A stretch of DNA of 64,000 nt from Dictyostelium discoideum (GCA_000004695.1 CM000151.3:4288001-4352000); one strand, 5' to 3'. Counted from the stretch's first letter, positions 1 to 16,080 are shown. Notes: a model not told the origin generated them from the letters alone. Numbers and translations are program-made.

Positions 1-666
1 CCTTTGCTTTCTACTTATTTTTTGTTGTTCAGTATCGGCGTATTTTACTACTAATGGATAACCACTATCTTTATTAATCCTAACACCATTCATAGCATCT
101 ATTGCCTTTGAAGCATCCAATTCACTTGAAAATCTAACAAATCCTGCAAATTTACTTTGTCCATTATGATCCAACATTACTTTACATTCAATAATTTTAC
201 CAAATGGTTCAAATAATTTCCTTAATTGATCTATTATTATTGTTATTATTATTATTATTTTATATAAAAAATTAATAAATAATAAATAGATAATAAATAA
301 ATGATAATAATAATACATTACCATCTGTTACATCATATGGAAGTGGTTTAATAAATAAATTATTTGATGGGTATTTACTATTTAAATTTGTATAAAGATT
401 GGATAATCTACATAGTAATTTTTTATTTTGGTATTGGTAACCATCCAATTCTTCAATTGCGGCGGCAGATTCTTGTGGACTTGAAAATCTAACAAATCCA
501 TATCCATATGAATTTCCTTTTGGATCAATCATTACTTTGGAACTTAAAACTTTTCCATATTTTGAAAATAAATTCTCTAAATCTTCATCATTAAATTCAT
601 ATGGTAAATGTTTTACAAAAACATTTGTTTGATCTCTTTCTAATTCCAATTCTTTATTATTAACAC

Positions 667-757
<91 letters not shown>

Positions 758-952
758 TATTTGTAGAGATTGATTTTCATTTTGTTGTTGATTTATTTCT
801 TCTTGTGGTTGTTGTTCATTATTAATTATTAATTCATGAGTATCGTATGGTTTTTCACTTGGAGAAAATACTTTTTTTGGTGATGATAATGATTGTGGCG
901 AAGAAGATGGATTTGGACTTTTATCTAATAATTCACTTTCATCCATTTGCAT
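1..952 (-). CDS. RNA-binding protein with tandem RRM domains (RBMS/MSSP-like), 5' part. Exons: complement(322..952) and complement(<1..230); intron 231..321. The gene continues beyond the window start.
   Basis: The minus-strand translation contains RRM1 (VFVKHLPYEFNDEDLENLFSKYGKVLSSKVMIDPKGNSYGYGFVRFSSP, with RNP2/RNP1-like motifs). RRM2 is split by a 91-bp intron: LFIKPLPYDVTD | DQLRKLFEPFGKIIECKVMLDHNGQSKFAGFVRFSSELDASKAIDAMNGVRINKD...LVVKYAD. Donor is gat g|gtaatgtat and acceptor is aataatag|atcaatt. An N-terminal Q/N-rich tract includes poly-N from (AAT)n at 661-760. Confidence 0.75.
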
Positions 953-962
953 TTTGGAAAAG

Positions 963-1007
<45 letters not shown>

Positions 1008-1426
1008 TTTTTTTTAAAACAGACACGATAAAAAAAAAAAAAAAATGGTATTTTTATATTGGATTTGTAATTTTATTATTATTTTATTCTTTAATATTTT
1101 TTTTATTTTATTATTATTATTATTAATATTATTTTTATATTATTATTTTTATTATTATTATTATTATTATTAAAAAAAAAAAAAATTATCTTTAATTATA
1201 AAAAAAAAAATTTTGTGTAATCCTTGGAAAATTTTTAAAAATAAATAATGAAAAAAATTATAAAAGGAATGAAAAAAAAAAAATTAAATGATATTTTTAA
1301 AAAAAAAAACAAAAAAAAACAAAACAAGAATATTTATAATTAATTAATTATAGAATGATTATTGGAAACTGATGATCATTTATATAACTACTTAATTAAA
1401 TAATTTTAATGTAAATAGAATAGAGG

Positions 1427-1460
<34 letters not shown>

Positions 1461-1979
1461 ATAAAATAATTTGTTTTTCAATCACATGGTTTCATTTTTT
1501 ATCATAACCAAACACATTTTTTTCAAATAATCTATTTTTTTTTTTTTTTTTTTTTTAGTTTTTTTTTTAAAAAATTTGGCTTTTTAAAATGGACTAGATA
1601 TATTATCACAAAAATAATAAAAAAAAAAAAAAAAAATATTTTTTTAATTGAAAAAATAAAAAAAATAAAAAAAATATATTTTTTTTTTTTTTGGTAAAAA
1701 CAAAACTAACCATTCTTATTTTTAGATATTTTTTTTTTTTTTTTTTTTTTTTTTCAAACCCTTAAAAAAAAAAAAAAAAAAAAAAAAAAGAAAAAAAAGT
1801 TAATTTAATATCCATTTCGATTTGTTAGAGAATTTTAATTGTTAAAAAATACAATGTTATCATTATTTTTTTTTTAAAATTTTTTTTTTTCTTTTATTTT
1901 TTTATTTTTTTTTTTTTTATTATTTATTATTAAAAGAATAATCTTTTTTTTTTTTTTTTTTTTTTAATTATTTTTTAAA

Positions 1980-3123
1980 TTATTTTTTAAATCTCTTTTG
2001 AGATTTATTATCTTTACCACCACTTGATCTCTTTTTTGAGTAATTTTCTCTTTCTTCAGCTTTAACAAATTGACGAGTTGCTTTATCAACATTTAAGACA
2101 TTCTCTTTCTTAAACATACGATCAATCAATTTTGAATTATTTTCAGATTCTTGAGCGACATCACCAGCACCAAGACCAGCCAATTTCTTTTTACCTCTTT
2201 TTGGAGCATCTTTTTCATTTTCGACTCTTTTATCGAATTTACCAAGTGAAGCAGTTGAAAGTTTTGCAACGTCAAATACCTTTTCCATATCGGATTTAAT
2301 TTGTCCACGATGTTCTTTATCGAATGATAAAGTTTTGCCAACATTTGACATTTGACGCATTGAAGCTTCATCGAAATTTCTTTGTTCTCTCTTCTTTTGT
2401 TTTGAAACTCTATCATTCTTTTCATCCTCTAATTTCTTGAATGGATCTTCACCAACTTTATCATCTGGACGTGCAAGCATTGCCCAATCATTTGCAACAT
2501 CATTTGCTTTCTTATATCCAAAGGTTGGACGATATTCTTCATGTTCTTTATCCCATTCCATTGATGATTTCTTCTTCTTTTTAATACCTTTAATTTCTGC
2601 AAATGCTTCCCATCTTGTTTTTGGTTTACTTGTTGGTAACTAAAAAAAATTAAAAAATAAAATTAAAAATAAAATTAAAATAAATATTATATTATATTCA
2701 ATCAATAAATCAATAAAGAATTGAAACACATACTGATCTCTCTCTTGGAATTGGTGTTGTACATCTTGGTAATAATGCTAATGAACCTTCTTCAATCTCT
2801 TTAATTGGTAATTGAAATAATCTTGAAATTAAAAGTTGTACATTATCTCTTGATAATTTATTAATATATTCATTTGGATTTGATCTAAAATTAAAAGTTA
2901 AAAATTAAAAATTAATAAATTTATTTTTTTTTTGTGGGAGAGAGAGAGGGGAGAAGGGGGAGAGAGGGGTTGTAACATACTTGTATTCAGTTTTATTTAA
3001 TGAGGAATGATCAAAGGCTGTTAAATTTCCAAGATCATATAATAAAGTATCTTCACCATCAATTAAATGTCCATCTAATTTCTTTGTTAAAATATCACTT
3101 GCATTTACGATTTCTTCTGTCAT
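1980..3123 (-). CDS. rrs1: Ribosome biogenesis regulatory protein RRS1 homolog. complement(join(1980..2639, 2734..2884, 2981..3123)).
   Basis: The spliced translation reads [48 protein letters not shown] / [50 protein letters not shown] / [33 protein letters not shown]...[14 protein letters not shown]...KRFKK. It matches RRS1 motifs (YDLGNL, RDNxQLLIxxLxQLP, TRWxxFAxxKGI, AKxSTASxGxF). Donors are GTATGT and acceptors are ttttag; phases close exactly (143+151+660 nt). Confidence 0.85.
2936..2969. repeat. 34-nt purine-only (GA-rich) tract, polypyrimidine on the coding strand, inside RRS1 intron 1.
   Basis: gggagagagagaggggagaagggggagagagggg, immediately 3' (on the minus strand) of the GTATGT donor at 2979-2980. 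It is highly atypical in a genome that is about 78% AT. Confidence 0.8.
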
Positions 3124-3688
3124 TTTTTTTTTTTTTCTATATTTAAATATATCTATATACAAATTATTTGATTTGGTATTATATGTACACAAAAAAAAAT
3201 AAAAATAAAAAAATAAAAAAATAATATAAAAAAAAAAAAAAAAATAAAAACGACAAAAGTTTCGTTTTTTTAATTTTTTTCAAAATTTTTTTTTTTTTTT
3301 TAATTTTATTTTTATTTTATTTTTATTATTTTTTTTTTTTTATTTTTTTTTTTGGGAATCTAATTATAATTATTTCACAATGTGATTAATTACTATTTTT
3401 AATTTAGAATTTGTTATCAAATATGATAATCATGATAATAATAATAAAAATAATAATAAAATAATAACATTTTTTTTTCCATTAATGGAAATATCAATTT
3501 TAATTTCTAAAATGGTCAATAAATTATATTTAATTATTTTTAAAATCTTATTACAAAATGAAAACTATAAAAATAAAATAAAAAAATTAAAAAAGAAAAA
3601 CAATTAAAATTTTCTTTTTTTTTTTTTTTTATTTTTTTTTTTTTTTTACTTTTATGTTTCTTATTACTTTATCTAAGGGTGCAAAAAT

Positions 3689-3720
3689 TTCCCCATTAAA
3701 GTGGTGAAAAGTAGTTTTGT
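3689..3720. repeat. Copy, in reverse orientation, of a dispersed ~30-nt motif (ACTTTT[C/T]ACCACTTTAATGG[G/T]GAAATTTTT) also present at 50191-50220.
   Basis: 3694-3712 cattaaagtggtgaaaagt is the reverse complement of the 50194-50214 motif. The flanks extend the match to about 30 nt with 2 mismatches. Confidence 0.6.
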
Positions 3721-3998
3721 GCGGCACTGGTGGGTTTATATCCTCCTTTTTTTTTTACTTTTATTTTTTTATTTTCCATTTGGCTCCCCTTATTTCATCA
3801 AATTTATTTAAAAAAAAAAAACAATGGTATTGAATTGAATGGTCCATTTTTTATTTTTTTAATTTTTTTAATTTTTTTTAATTTTTTTTTTTTTTTTTTA
3901 TTACACTGAACTGATATTTAAGGAAATGAAGAAATCATTATTAGTTTAAAAATAATTTTATAAACTAAATAAGTAAAAAAAAAAAATGAATTTGTTTA

Positions 3999-4034
<36 letters not shown>

Positions 4035-4501
4035 CAATGATAATCTCGATGGGGTTTGCCAACATATTAAAAAAAATCTTTTTTTTTTTAATTTTTTTTT
4101 TTTAATTTTTTTTTTAATAATTTTTTTTTTAAAAAAATTGATTTTTTTTAAAAATTTTTTTTTTTTTTTTTAAATTTATTACATTATAATTTTTTAATTG
4201 TACAAATAAAATTTGTATTATTTATTTTATTTATTATTTTTTTTTTTAATCTAAATGATTTTTTAGATTATTTTAAACTCATTTATTATTATTATTATTA
4301 TAGAAAATCTTTTTTTTTTTTTTTTTTTTAAAAAAAAATAATAATAAATAAAAAAAAAAAAAAAAATCAAAATAAAAAAAAACAACATCACACAAAAAAA
4401 AAAATCAAAAAAAAAACCATCAATCTTGTACTATTATTAAAACAACAACAACAACAAATCAAAAAAAAAAAAAAATCAAAAAAAAAATCAAATAAAATAA
4501 A

Positions 4502-5400
4502 ATGGCACATACAAATTTACCAGAAAAATTTCAAGTTGTAATTGAAAATGGTGAAAATATATTACAAAGAGTTTATAATACTTATAAATTATTTCAAAAT
4601 AATAAAGTGAAGCCATCATTTTTCAATGATGAAAAGATCTCAAAGATTTTAAAGAATTTGATAGCAAAGTATCCAGAATTACCAGAGAACAATGATAAAT
4701 CAATAACAGGATTCGATTTGTTGACATCACGTGCAAAACAACATTTAGAGGAGTTGGAGGATCATTATTACACAATCACCGATGCATACGATTGGAAAGA
4801 GGCATCATTCATTTTGATGCAAGAGATCTCCTCCAACACAGTGTCGATCAATTTCAACAACAACATTCAATTGTGCAGTAAATTTTTAGATGTACTCGTC
4901 CTATATGGTAAGATCAACTATTTGGTTTCATTGATCCCCGACAAAAAGATCATCACAGCCGTTTACGCCAAACTGTTCCTTTACACTCGTAGTGCATCAG
5001 AACCCACCTTTTCCAAGATGGGTCGTTGGATCAACGATATCGAACAACCCTTCAAAAAGATTCAAGAGGAGTTTCGTGTACTCAATGATGCTGTAGGTCA
5101 TGCACTCTCATCCTTTGAATTAACTTATGCCAAACGTCGTGTTATCACTCAACTTCGTAAAGATGGTGCCCTCAATCTCATCCTTAAACCTGAAGATATC
5201 GCTCGTCCAGTTCAAGATTCTTATCGTATTGAATTAGCTTACGCTGGTCGTATTCAACAATGGATCTTATTTGGTTATCTATTTGCTCCAGGTACATTAA
5301 GTACACCACAATCAATTGAATTACTTAGATTCACTTTATCTGAATGTTTTTATTTATCAGTTTTTAAAGATATTGTAAGTTTGTTTATTTATTTTTAATA

Positions 5401-5443
<43 letters not shown>

Positions 5444-8245
5444 TATCTAATAATTTAATTTTTTTTTTTTTTTATTTTTTTTTTATTTTTTTTTTTACAG
5501 TCAATTTCAATTCATAATGAATTTAATACATTATTTAAAAATTATAAGAGTAAAACTATAAATTTACAAAAACAAAAAAAGATTATTAAAGATGCAGCAC
5601 AAGCATCAACTCAAGAAGCACCACGTAAACATGCAGAGAGAAGAGTTTATATTAGACAAGAATTGGAAGCAATGTGGAATTTGTTTAGAGATAAACCATG
5701 TTTATTGGCACCAAAGATTAATGTACTTTTAGCTGCTCTCTCCATGGCAAAGGAAGAGATTTTCTGGTATTTCCGTCATACTGATGTTATTCCACCAGAA
5801 AAAGTAAAGAAATTCTATAACAAACAAAATGAAGTTAGAGAAAAAAGAATTTCTTCTTTACTTTCATTAGTTGATCATTTAGTTCAATTAGTTCATACTC
5901 ATAAAAAAAGTAAGTTTTTTTTAAAAAAAAAAAAAAAAAAAAAATAGATAATATTATATTAAAAAAAAAAAAAAAAAAAAATTACTAATTTTTAAATTTT
6001 TTTTTTTAATTTTTTTTTTTTTTTTTAATTTTAATTTTAAAAAGTGATTCAAAATTATTATTTAGAATATATTTCAGGTGCAGATATTTTAGGTTTACAA
6101 AAAGTAATTACACCACAATTATTACAAAATGCAGGATCAATTGTTACACAAGCAGTTAATACAATTGTTAACGAATTGAAATCATTGAATGCCAATGGAC
6201 AAGATTATAGTTTTGAAGGATTTAGAGCAAATTGGATGAGATTAGGTTATTTATTACAATCAAATTCATGTCCATTGAAAGAGAGTGAATCAAAACAAAT
6301 CACCAGTCGTTTGAATTTAATTTATACACATAGTAAGAATGTTGATTGTTTGGATCAATTATTGGATGAATATGGCAATATGACTCAGTTGTGGTCATAC
6401 AAAGAACCATTGTTCCATTCATTCGATGCTGCCATTGTTGATATGACATGTGACCAACCATCACATTCAATGATCTATTTGAAATTGTTATCGCAATTCC
6501 CTAATCACGTCGCCAATCAATTCTATCCTGAAGAGAAGGAACTCATCGGTAAGGAGTGTGTAGAGTTGGCAAATAGTTGTCTCACCAAGATCACCAATCG
6601 TATCGTATCGATCATGGCAAACACTATCGCCTCTACTTTCCTCTCTGATGAGCAACAATTGGCCGATGTCAATGCAGCTTTCCCATTGTTGCAAAAGAAG
6701 AAGGATTGGAAACCACCAAAGGATTTCGTACCACCAATCGAACCTGCTAGTGAGTCACAATTTAGAAATAGAGCTAATCTCGAGCAACTTCGTTCCGAAG
6801 AGAAGAATGCATTCCAACTTTGCACTGCCTTGAATGAATTCTTGGACATTACAATCTATGATCACATTTTCGTACCAAGGGAATTCCTTCGTGAGAAATT
6901 GGGTTCTGCACTCAAGCAATATATGCGTCAATCAATTCAACCACCCGCTCCAACCTCTTCCTCCTCCCAAATCGATATCAATATCACTCGTCTCTCAACT
7001 TATGAATCTCAATTACGTGTTTTCATTGGTGTGTTGATTTTGGTAGAGAATCATGTTGACATTGATATCGGTGATCTCATTCGTGAGACTATCCTCACCG
7101 AATTTTACGCCAAGGCTTTGGGTAAGAGTGGTCGTGTCGATTGGTTCCCAGAGGGTGAAATTGAAATGAATGAATTAACGCTCCACTCCATCACAAGCTA
7201 CTATGTCGATTTGGTCTCTAAAAAACTCAATACTCCTGGTGTGGTTTTCTCTCCAGTTAAATTGGGTTTCATCTCAAAGGCTGGTACACCATTCCGTGCC
7301 GAGGAACATGCTGACCTCACTGAAATGAGAGCACTTTGTGATTTGGTTGGTCCATATGGTATCAAGGTCATCGAGAGGGAAATCCTTCGTTTCATTCTTA
7401 CCACTACCACCTCAATGAAAGAGATCCTCTCACTCAATGCTGCAAATCTTGAAGAGTTTGCATCAAATTATTACAAACCAAAAGCAATGGAACTTTTAAA
7501 GAAATTCAAAACTACAGATTTAGATCTCATTGTAACCAAATCCATCGCCATTGGTAATGCCCTTCATTTGAGATCAATGATTAGAGAATCCATGAAAGAC
7601 GTTATCACTGATAACTTCCCATATATTAATAATGCCGTTGCCAATGCTTTCGATCAATATAATCGTAACACATTTATGTTTCCAGACTTTTTAGGTGTTG
7701 ATACTTTGGCTTTGGATTCGGGTTTGAACGTTGGTATTGCCGATCAATACCTTAAAGTTATCCTTAGAAAGGTCTCCTCAGAGGCTGATAAAAGAATTTG
7801 GGAGTTATTACCTGTGATGTTCTCTCTCACATTCTATGGTAACATTTGGAAGGAAACTCAATACAAAGCTACCATCGACGCTCATTCAAATAATGTACAT
7901 GTATTATCAAAAACTATCATCGATTTACTCATAGCATTTGGTGCCATCAATTCAACCACTGGTAATGAGGCAGAGTTATTCCAATCATTTAAACGTTTCC
8001 TCGAAATTTCCTCTGTCAATATCTTACGTATGTTTAAGGGTAAACAAGGTGAAAAATTCGTTCCAAATGAAATTCAATCAGTTATCATCTTTTTAGATAA
8101 ATTCACTCAACAATGTCCATTATTATCAAAAGATTCACTCGAACAATACATTCCTTATTCACTCATCAGAAATATGTATAAAGATTTATATGAACATAAA
8201 AATCTTCAAAAACAACAATCTGAAACTTCTGAACAAAATTTCTAA
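4502..8245 (+). CDS. napA: Nck-associated protein 1 (Nap1/Hem-2 family), SCAR/WAVE complex subunit. join(4502..5374, 5501..5909, 6045..8245), 1160 aa.
   Basis: Three ORF-track segments (4502-5398, 5663-5947, 6044-8245) join through GTAAGT donors and ttacag / aaaag acceptors with consistent phase. The N-terminus (KFQVVIENGENILQRVYNTYKLFQNNKVKPSFF) matches the Nap1 N-terminal consensus. The total length of 1160 aa equals the known size of Dictyostelium NapA. Confidence 0.85.
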
Positions 8246-8878
8246 ATTAAAATAATAAAAAAAAATAATAATCATATAATTTAAAATATAAGAGTAATAA
8301 TAGTAAATATTTAAAAAAAAAAAAAAAAAAAAAAAATAAAAAAAAAAAATTAATCTAATATAATTTAAAAAAAAAAAAAAAAAAAAAAACCTTTTATCAT
8401 TATCTTTGGATACCTCATTAAACAAAAAAATTAACTCTTTCATTACTTTCATCATTAAAAAAAAAAAATTTCTTAATATGGTTTTAAAATGGATCTAAAA
8501 ATAAACTTAAAATCTATTTTTATTTTTTATTTTTTTATTTTTTTTTTTTTATTTTTTTTTTTTTTATTTTTTTTTTTTTTTTAATTTCTTTTTCTTTTTA
8601 TTTTAATTTTATTCAAATTAAAATAAAAAAATCAAAATAATAAAACATTTTATTAATTAATATAATAATAGATATTATTTTTTTTATATTCTTTTCATTT
8701 CATTTCATTTTATTAACAAATATTTTAAAAGCGTTGAAAAATGAAATTGTTTTTTTTTTTCTTATTCACAAACAACTAAATTCTATTAAGAAAATTTTAA
8801 AATAATCTATAAAAACAAATAAAATAAAAAAATAAATAAATAAATAATTATAATAAAGCCCAGTTATTATAAAGCTTG

Positions 8879-8910
<32 letters not shown>

Positions 8911-9069
8911 ATTTGCAATTACAGATTCAAATATTAGTAATTTTAAATAAAAAAAAAAAAAAAAAATTTTTAAAATTAAATAATAATAATAATAATTATA
9001 TAAAATATTATCCATATAAATTTATCATTATATTATAATAAATATTAAATTATAAAAAAAAATAAAAAA

Positions 9070-10246
9070 ATGGAAAAAGATTCTAAAGTTATAGAAAAAG
9101 AGGGAAATAAAGGTTTTACAAAATCAATAATTAGTACTGTAAAAAATATTAAACTTGGTTATGGTATGGACATTTATCAAATGTCGACACCTGCATCATT
9201 AATTGCACCATATTCTTCACTTACATATATTAGTGATAGTTTTTCAAAGAATTTTGAAATTTTAATAAAGTATTATTTAATTTTTAATTTTTAATAATCA
9301 TTAAAAAAAAAAAGTAATAATAATAATATTTATTAATTTTAAAATCTATTATATTAGAGCAAATTCAATTGAAAATGATTTAGATAGATTATTAGAAATA
9401 TTTAAATATATAACAACAATATTTATTATTAATAATAATGCATGTGGTAAACCAATTGTACCAATTGTTGGTGAAACACAAAGATTTAAATTCTCAAATA
9501 AAGATGAAGATGGTAATGAGTTTAATGATAGTTTTCATTGTGCAGAACATGTTCAAAATAGTCCATTTCCATTATCAGTTTCATCAACAGTTAATGAAAA
9601 AGAAGGAATTGAATTATGTTATAACTATGCTGCCAAAATTTTATTCATGGCTACTTACTTTAGAATTAATATAGATGAAGCTGAAACTTTTATTAAATTT
9701 AATAAATTTAATGAAACTTATAATATAATTTTACCAACATTATATACAAGAATTTTTAGAGGTTTTTCAGAATACTCTGGTAAATTGAAAATTGAACCTA
9801 CCAAATCAAATTATTACATAGATGCTAATTTTCAAAGTAAGCCATTAATCGGTGGCAAATATAACTATTTCGAAGCATATGTTTCCAAGAAAGATACTGA
9901 TGAAAAAATTTATAAAATTTTTGGTCAATGGGATAAGGAACAACAAATATTAGATTTTGAAAATTATCAAACTGATTTCTTTTTTAAAAGACCTCAACAG
10001 TTTTATGAAAAACAATTACCAAATGAAATTTTACCAACTGATTCATCAGTGGTTTGGAAAGGTTTAATTGATGCTCATAATTGTGGTAATAATAAATTAA
10101 AATTAAAAGAAAAAACAAAAGTTGACGAAGATCAAAAATTAATTGAAAATCAAAGAAAAAAAGAAAACATTAATTTTAAACCAAAATTTTTTATTAAAAA
10201 TAAAGAAACTGATAAATGGGAATTAGATAAATTTAATAAATATTAA
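9070..10246 (+). CDS. Oxysterol-binding protein (OSBP/ORP)-like short ORP. join(9070..9269, 9388..10246), about 352 aa.
   Basis: Exon 1 has GMDIYQMSTPASLIAPYSSLTYISDSF, an OSBP-like match to GMDLSKVxLPxFILEPRSxLE. Exon 2, in the frame of the 9647 ORF, has KPIVPIVGETQRF and HCAEHVQNSPFPLS, a divergent version of the EQVSHHPP signature region, plus an ORP-like C-terminus. The donor gtatta is weak and the acceptor is gatag|; the splice is phase-consistent but the exact junction is uncertain. Confidence 0.65.
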
Positions 10247-10826
10247 TTAATTAATAATACTTTTTATTTATTATTATTTTTTTTATTTTTTTTTTTTAAA
10301 ACAAAATATAAAAAAAAAAAAAAAAAATTTTAAAAAAAAAGATTCAATTAAAAAAGAAAATTAAAAAAAAATAAAAAATAAAAAAATCATTACCGTGGCA
10401 AACCTTTTGCTTAAATAAAAAAAAAAAAAAAAAAAAGTAATGGTAAACGTGGTAAAAATATATTTTAAAAATTTTTTACATTTCGGGTCTGGGGCACAAA
10501 AATAAAAAAATTTCGTTATATGGTTTGAAAACCTTTTTTTTTTTTATCATTTTGTTTTCATTTTTTTATTTTTTTTTTAAGGAACCTAAATATAATTTTG
10601 TCCAACCCATAAGAATTTCTGAAATGATTATTATTACCTGTACTAGTGTACAAAAAAAAAAAAAAAAAAAAAAAAGAAAAAATCATTAATAAATGTTTAA
10701 TAGTTTTTACAATATAGATTTTTTTTTTATTTTTTTTTTTATTTTTTTTTTTTTTTTGTACATTAATATTTATTTAAAATAAAAATTGTTTATTTTAAAT
10801 ATAAATTATTTAATTCCATTATCAAA

Positions 10827-12600
<1,774 letters not shown>

Positions 12601-13385
12601 AATCAATTGTATGTAAAAATAAATAAAATAATAATAAAATAATAATTAAGTATAAAATAATAATCAAAATTTTGGTAAATAAAAATTAAAAAAAAAAAAA
12701 AAATTTTAAAATAAATAATTTCAAATCATAAAAATAATCAATTAATAACTATATTTTGTTTCCCAGTCCTTATTTTTCAAGAAAACAAAAAAAATAAAAA
12801 AAAAAGTTTTTGTAAATTTCTTCCAAAGATATTTTTTTTTTATTTTTTTTTTTAGTATTTTCATTATGATAATGAAGAGTTTTGCTACGCAAACATGCAC
12901 GATTCTAAGAATTAAAAAAAAAAAAAACACGAAAAATCTAAAAAAAAAAACAAAAATGTTAAAAAATCTAAAAAAAGAAATTTTGATGGGATGGTTTGTT
13001 TGTTCTTACCAATGGGTAATTTGATTTTTATTTATTTATTTATTTATTTATTTTTTTATTTAATTGAAAAAAAAAAATCAAAAAGAAATTGGTAAATTTT
13101 GGGCAATTCCCAAATTTTTAATCATTCTCTTTTGTTAAACCACATTCAAATTTCAGACCACTTTTTTTTATTTAATTTATTTTTATTTATTTATTTATTT
13201 ATTTTTTTTATTTGTTTATATATCATACTGTTGTTAACATTAATCAATTTGGAATTTATGTTCTCTTTAAATTTTTTTTTTTTTTTTTTTTTTTTTGATA
13301 TAAAATTTGTGAATATATAATTAGTCCCAAGTTAAAAAATTAAAAAAATAAAACCAAATCAATAGAAAACAAAATTTTAAAAGTG

Positions 13386-13679
13386 ATGAGATTACAATTT
13401 TTCAAGATTTTAATTTTAATATTTGTGTCATCAATTGTGGTTTTATCATCATTTTTTTTAATTTCTTTAGACGATACTACATTTAAAAATAAAAATGATA
13501 ATATAATACCCATTAAACCAACTACACCTCCGGTCACTATCTCAACAAAAAGCAGTGATTTATTTACTCCTAAAAATAAAGTGGTTGTTTTAGAAAGGGA
13601 AATTATTAAAGAAGTAATAAAAGAAGTGTGTAATAATAATAAAATTGAATTAGTACCAAACTCCAGTGAACAATTAACA

Positions 13680-13722
<43 letters not shown>

Positions 13723-14211
13723 GTTTAAATATTAATAGTAATAAAAATTTAAACAATATTAGTAATAATAATAATAATAATTATTTAAATAGTAATAATA
13801 GTATTAATAGTAACAGCAATAGTAAAAGCAATAGTAATAGTAATAGTAACAATAATAATTATAATAATGATAATACCAATAATTATAATAATTTGAATGT
13901 AGAAGATAAATTGTATGGATTTAAAGATAAACAATCAATGATTAGTTATTTCCTTTCATATCAATATTATTATTATTTAGAAGAAAATAATTATCAACAT
14001 ATAAATAAAACTAATTATGATTTATCAAAATACCAATTCCCAAAATTAGTAAAAATACAAAGTGATTTCAGACCAACAATAGATGAAACAAAAAAAAATA
14101 TTGAAAAACTTAGGGAAGAATATTATATATCACAAATAAAACAAAATTTATCTGTTGTTGAAAATAATAAAATTATTAATAATAATAATACTAATAATAA
14201 TAATAGTAGTA

Positions 14212-14265
<54 letters not shown>

Positions 14266-15530
14266 TTAATAATAATATTAAAATTGAAAATAAAAATAAT
14301 AATATTTTAGCAAATGGAGAAAAAAATAATAATGGTTTTAAAACTCTTGATATTGAAATTAATGAAATGTTAAATAGAGGTATAAATGGAATTCAGGATA
14401 TTAAAAGATTACAAGAACTTATTGAAATGAAAGGTGATGGTGGTGATCATTCAAATCATAATTTAGAATCTCCAACTCCCTCACAAATAGTAGATTTCAA
14501 AAATACTAATGAATATTATAAACAATCATTGAAAATAATTAGAGCCAGAATATGGAATGATTTTTATTCAAATTATTGGAGAGATAAAAACTTTATAAAA
14601 TTTTCAATTGATAATGGTTTGGCTCCATTTGAAGCACCAAAACTTTCTTTACCATTAAATACTTCAACACCACTTTTAACAACTCCATATATATTTATAC
14701 ATTTACCAAAAGTTGGTGGAACATCAATGCAATATCATTTTAAAAAACAATTTAATAAAGGTTCAATTCAACAATGGGGTTTTCCAAGTAAGTAATAAAT
14801 TTGATTAAAAAATAAAAAAAAAAAAAAAATAATAATTACTAATTAGTTTTAATTTAATTTATCTTTTATTCTTTTAATCTTTTATTCTTTTGTATAAAAC
14901 TAATAAGATTCAAAAGAGATTATAGATGTACAAAATGCCGAAAGTGTTATTTTGGGTCATTTTGGATATGGACTTCATTATGTTTTAAAAGAAGATTCTC
15001 AAAAAACTTATAATTATCTTACAATGTTAAGAGATCCAGTTGATAGAGTTATAAGTCATTACTTTTATCATAAATCAACTTCATTCGATGAAGAACATAT
15101 CCCTGCTCGTGATAATAACCTTGAACAGTGGTTAGAAATATCACCTCGAGGTACAAATGAAATGACTAGACATTTATCAGGTATTACTGTAATTGAAGAG
15201 TTTTTACCAACTAATGAAACATTTAATATGGCAATGTATCATTTACGTTCAATGAAATTCGTTGGAATTACAGAAAGATTTGAAGAAACATTAGCACTCC
15301 TTAAATTTTATATAGGTCTTGATGATCCTGTTGTTTCTGATAAAAAGAATGTAGCTCGTACCAAACCAAAGCCATCTGATGTTTCACCTGCAACTATTGA
15401 AAAAATTAAAGAAAAAAATTGGATGGATATTTTATTATATGAAGAAGCTTTAAAAATGTTTGAAAGACAAATCAATATCGTTGGTAGAGTTAATTTTGAA
15501 AATCAATTAAATAAAATATTAAAAAAATAA
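13386..15530 (+). CDS. Type II membrane sulfotransferase, tandem paralog 2. join(13386..14787, 14908..15530).
   Basis: Same architecture as paralog 1: TM anchor, N/S-rich stem, YIFIHLPKVGGTSM, and exon 2 starting ...ILGHFGYGLHYVLKEDSQKTYNYLTMLRDPVDRVISHYFYHK. Exon 2 is nucleotide-identical to paralog 1 over about 300 bp. Confidence 0.75.
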
Positions 15531-15927
15531 TAAAATCAATTCTATATAATAATAAATAAAAATAAATAATAAATAATAAAAATGAATAAAATAAATAAAT
15601 AAAAACAGTTGTTCAAGTTGCCCAATCTTATTTATTACATGACTTGTACAATTACTTGTAAAAAAAAAAAAAAACCCAAAAATTATTAGAAAAAAAAAAA
15701 AAAAAAGATAAAAATATTTCGTGCACCATGTCTGATTTTTATCTAAAAAAAACACCAAAAAAAAAAAAAAAAAAGAAAAATAAAAAAAAAAAAAAAAAAA
15801 TATAAATCATAGTCTCTTATGATCAACAAAGCACCAAAGTACATATTTTTATTTATTTTTTTTAACTTTTTTATTTCTTAAAATTTATACTTTCAGCTTT
15901 TCAGTTTTTAATTAATTGTTAAACCCC

Positions 15928-15993
<66 letters not shown>

Positions 15994-16080
15994 GTTATTG
16001 ATTTAAATAATCAATTTCCTACTTGTAATATATTGAAATAAAACTTAACATTTTATAACAGTTTTATAAAAAATAATTTA

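Noticed and set aside
2905-3192. ORF-track start [10 protein letters not shown]... for the RRS1 first exon
   Set aside because: The conserved RRS1 N-terminus starts at the internal Met (MTEEIV..., ATG at 3123). The upstream extension is AT-rich low complexity, and the ORF reads through the donor into intron sequence.
3661-3780. Possible tRNA in the relatively GC-containing patch near 3700
   Set aside because: No A-box/B-box (TRGCNNAGY / GGTTCGANTCC) and no cloverleaf-compatible pairing. It is better explained as a copy of the dispersed ACCACTTTAATGG motif.
6488-7437. Small ORFs (6488-6694, 6523-6849, 6648-6833, 6834-7037, 7201-7437) inside napA
   Set aside because: Alternate-frame or antisense ORFs nested in the 733-aa NapA exon.
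8186-8455. Minus-strand poly-F ORF after the napA stop
   Set aside because: Translation of poly(A) tracts in the napA 3' region.
12742-13756. ORFs 12742-12930 (-), 13099-13320 (+), 13340-13756 (-)
   Set aside because: Low-complexity F/L/K translations of AT-rich intergenic DNA, or antisense to the sulfotransferase 2 start.
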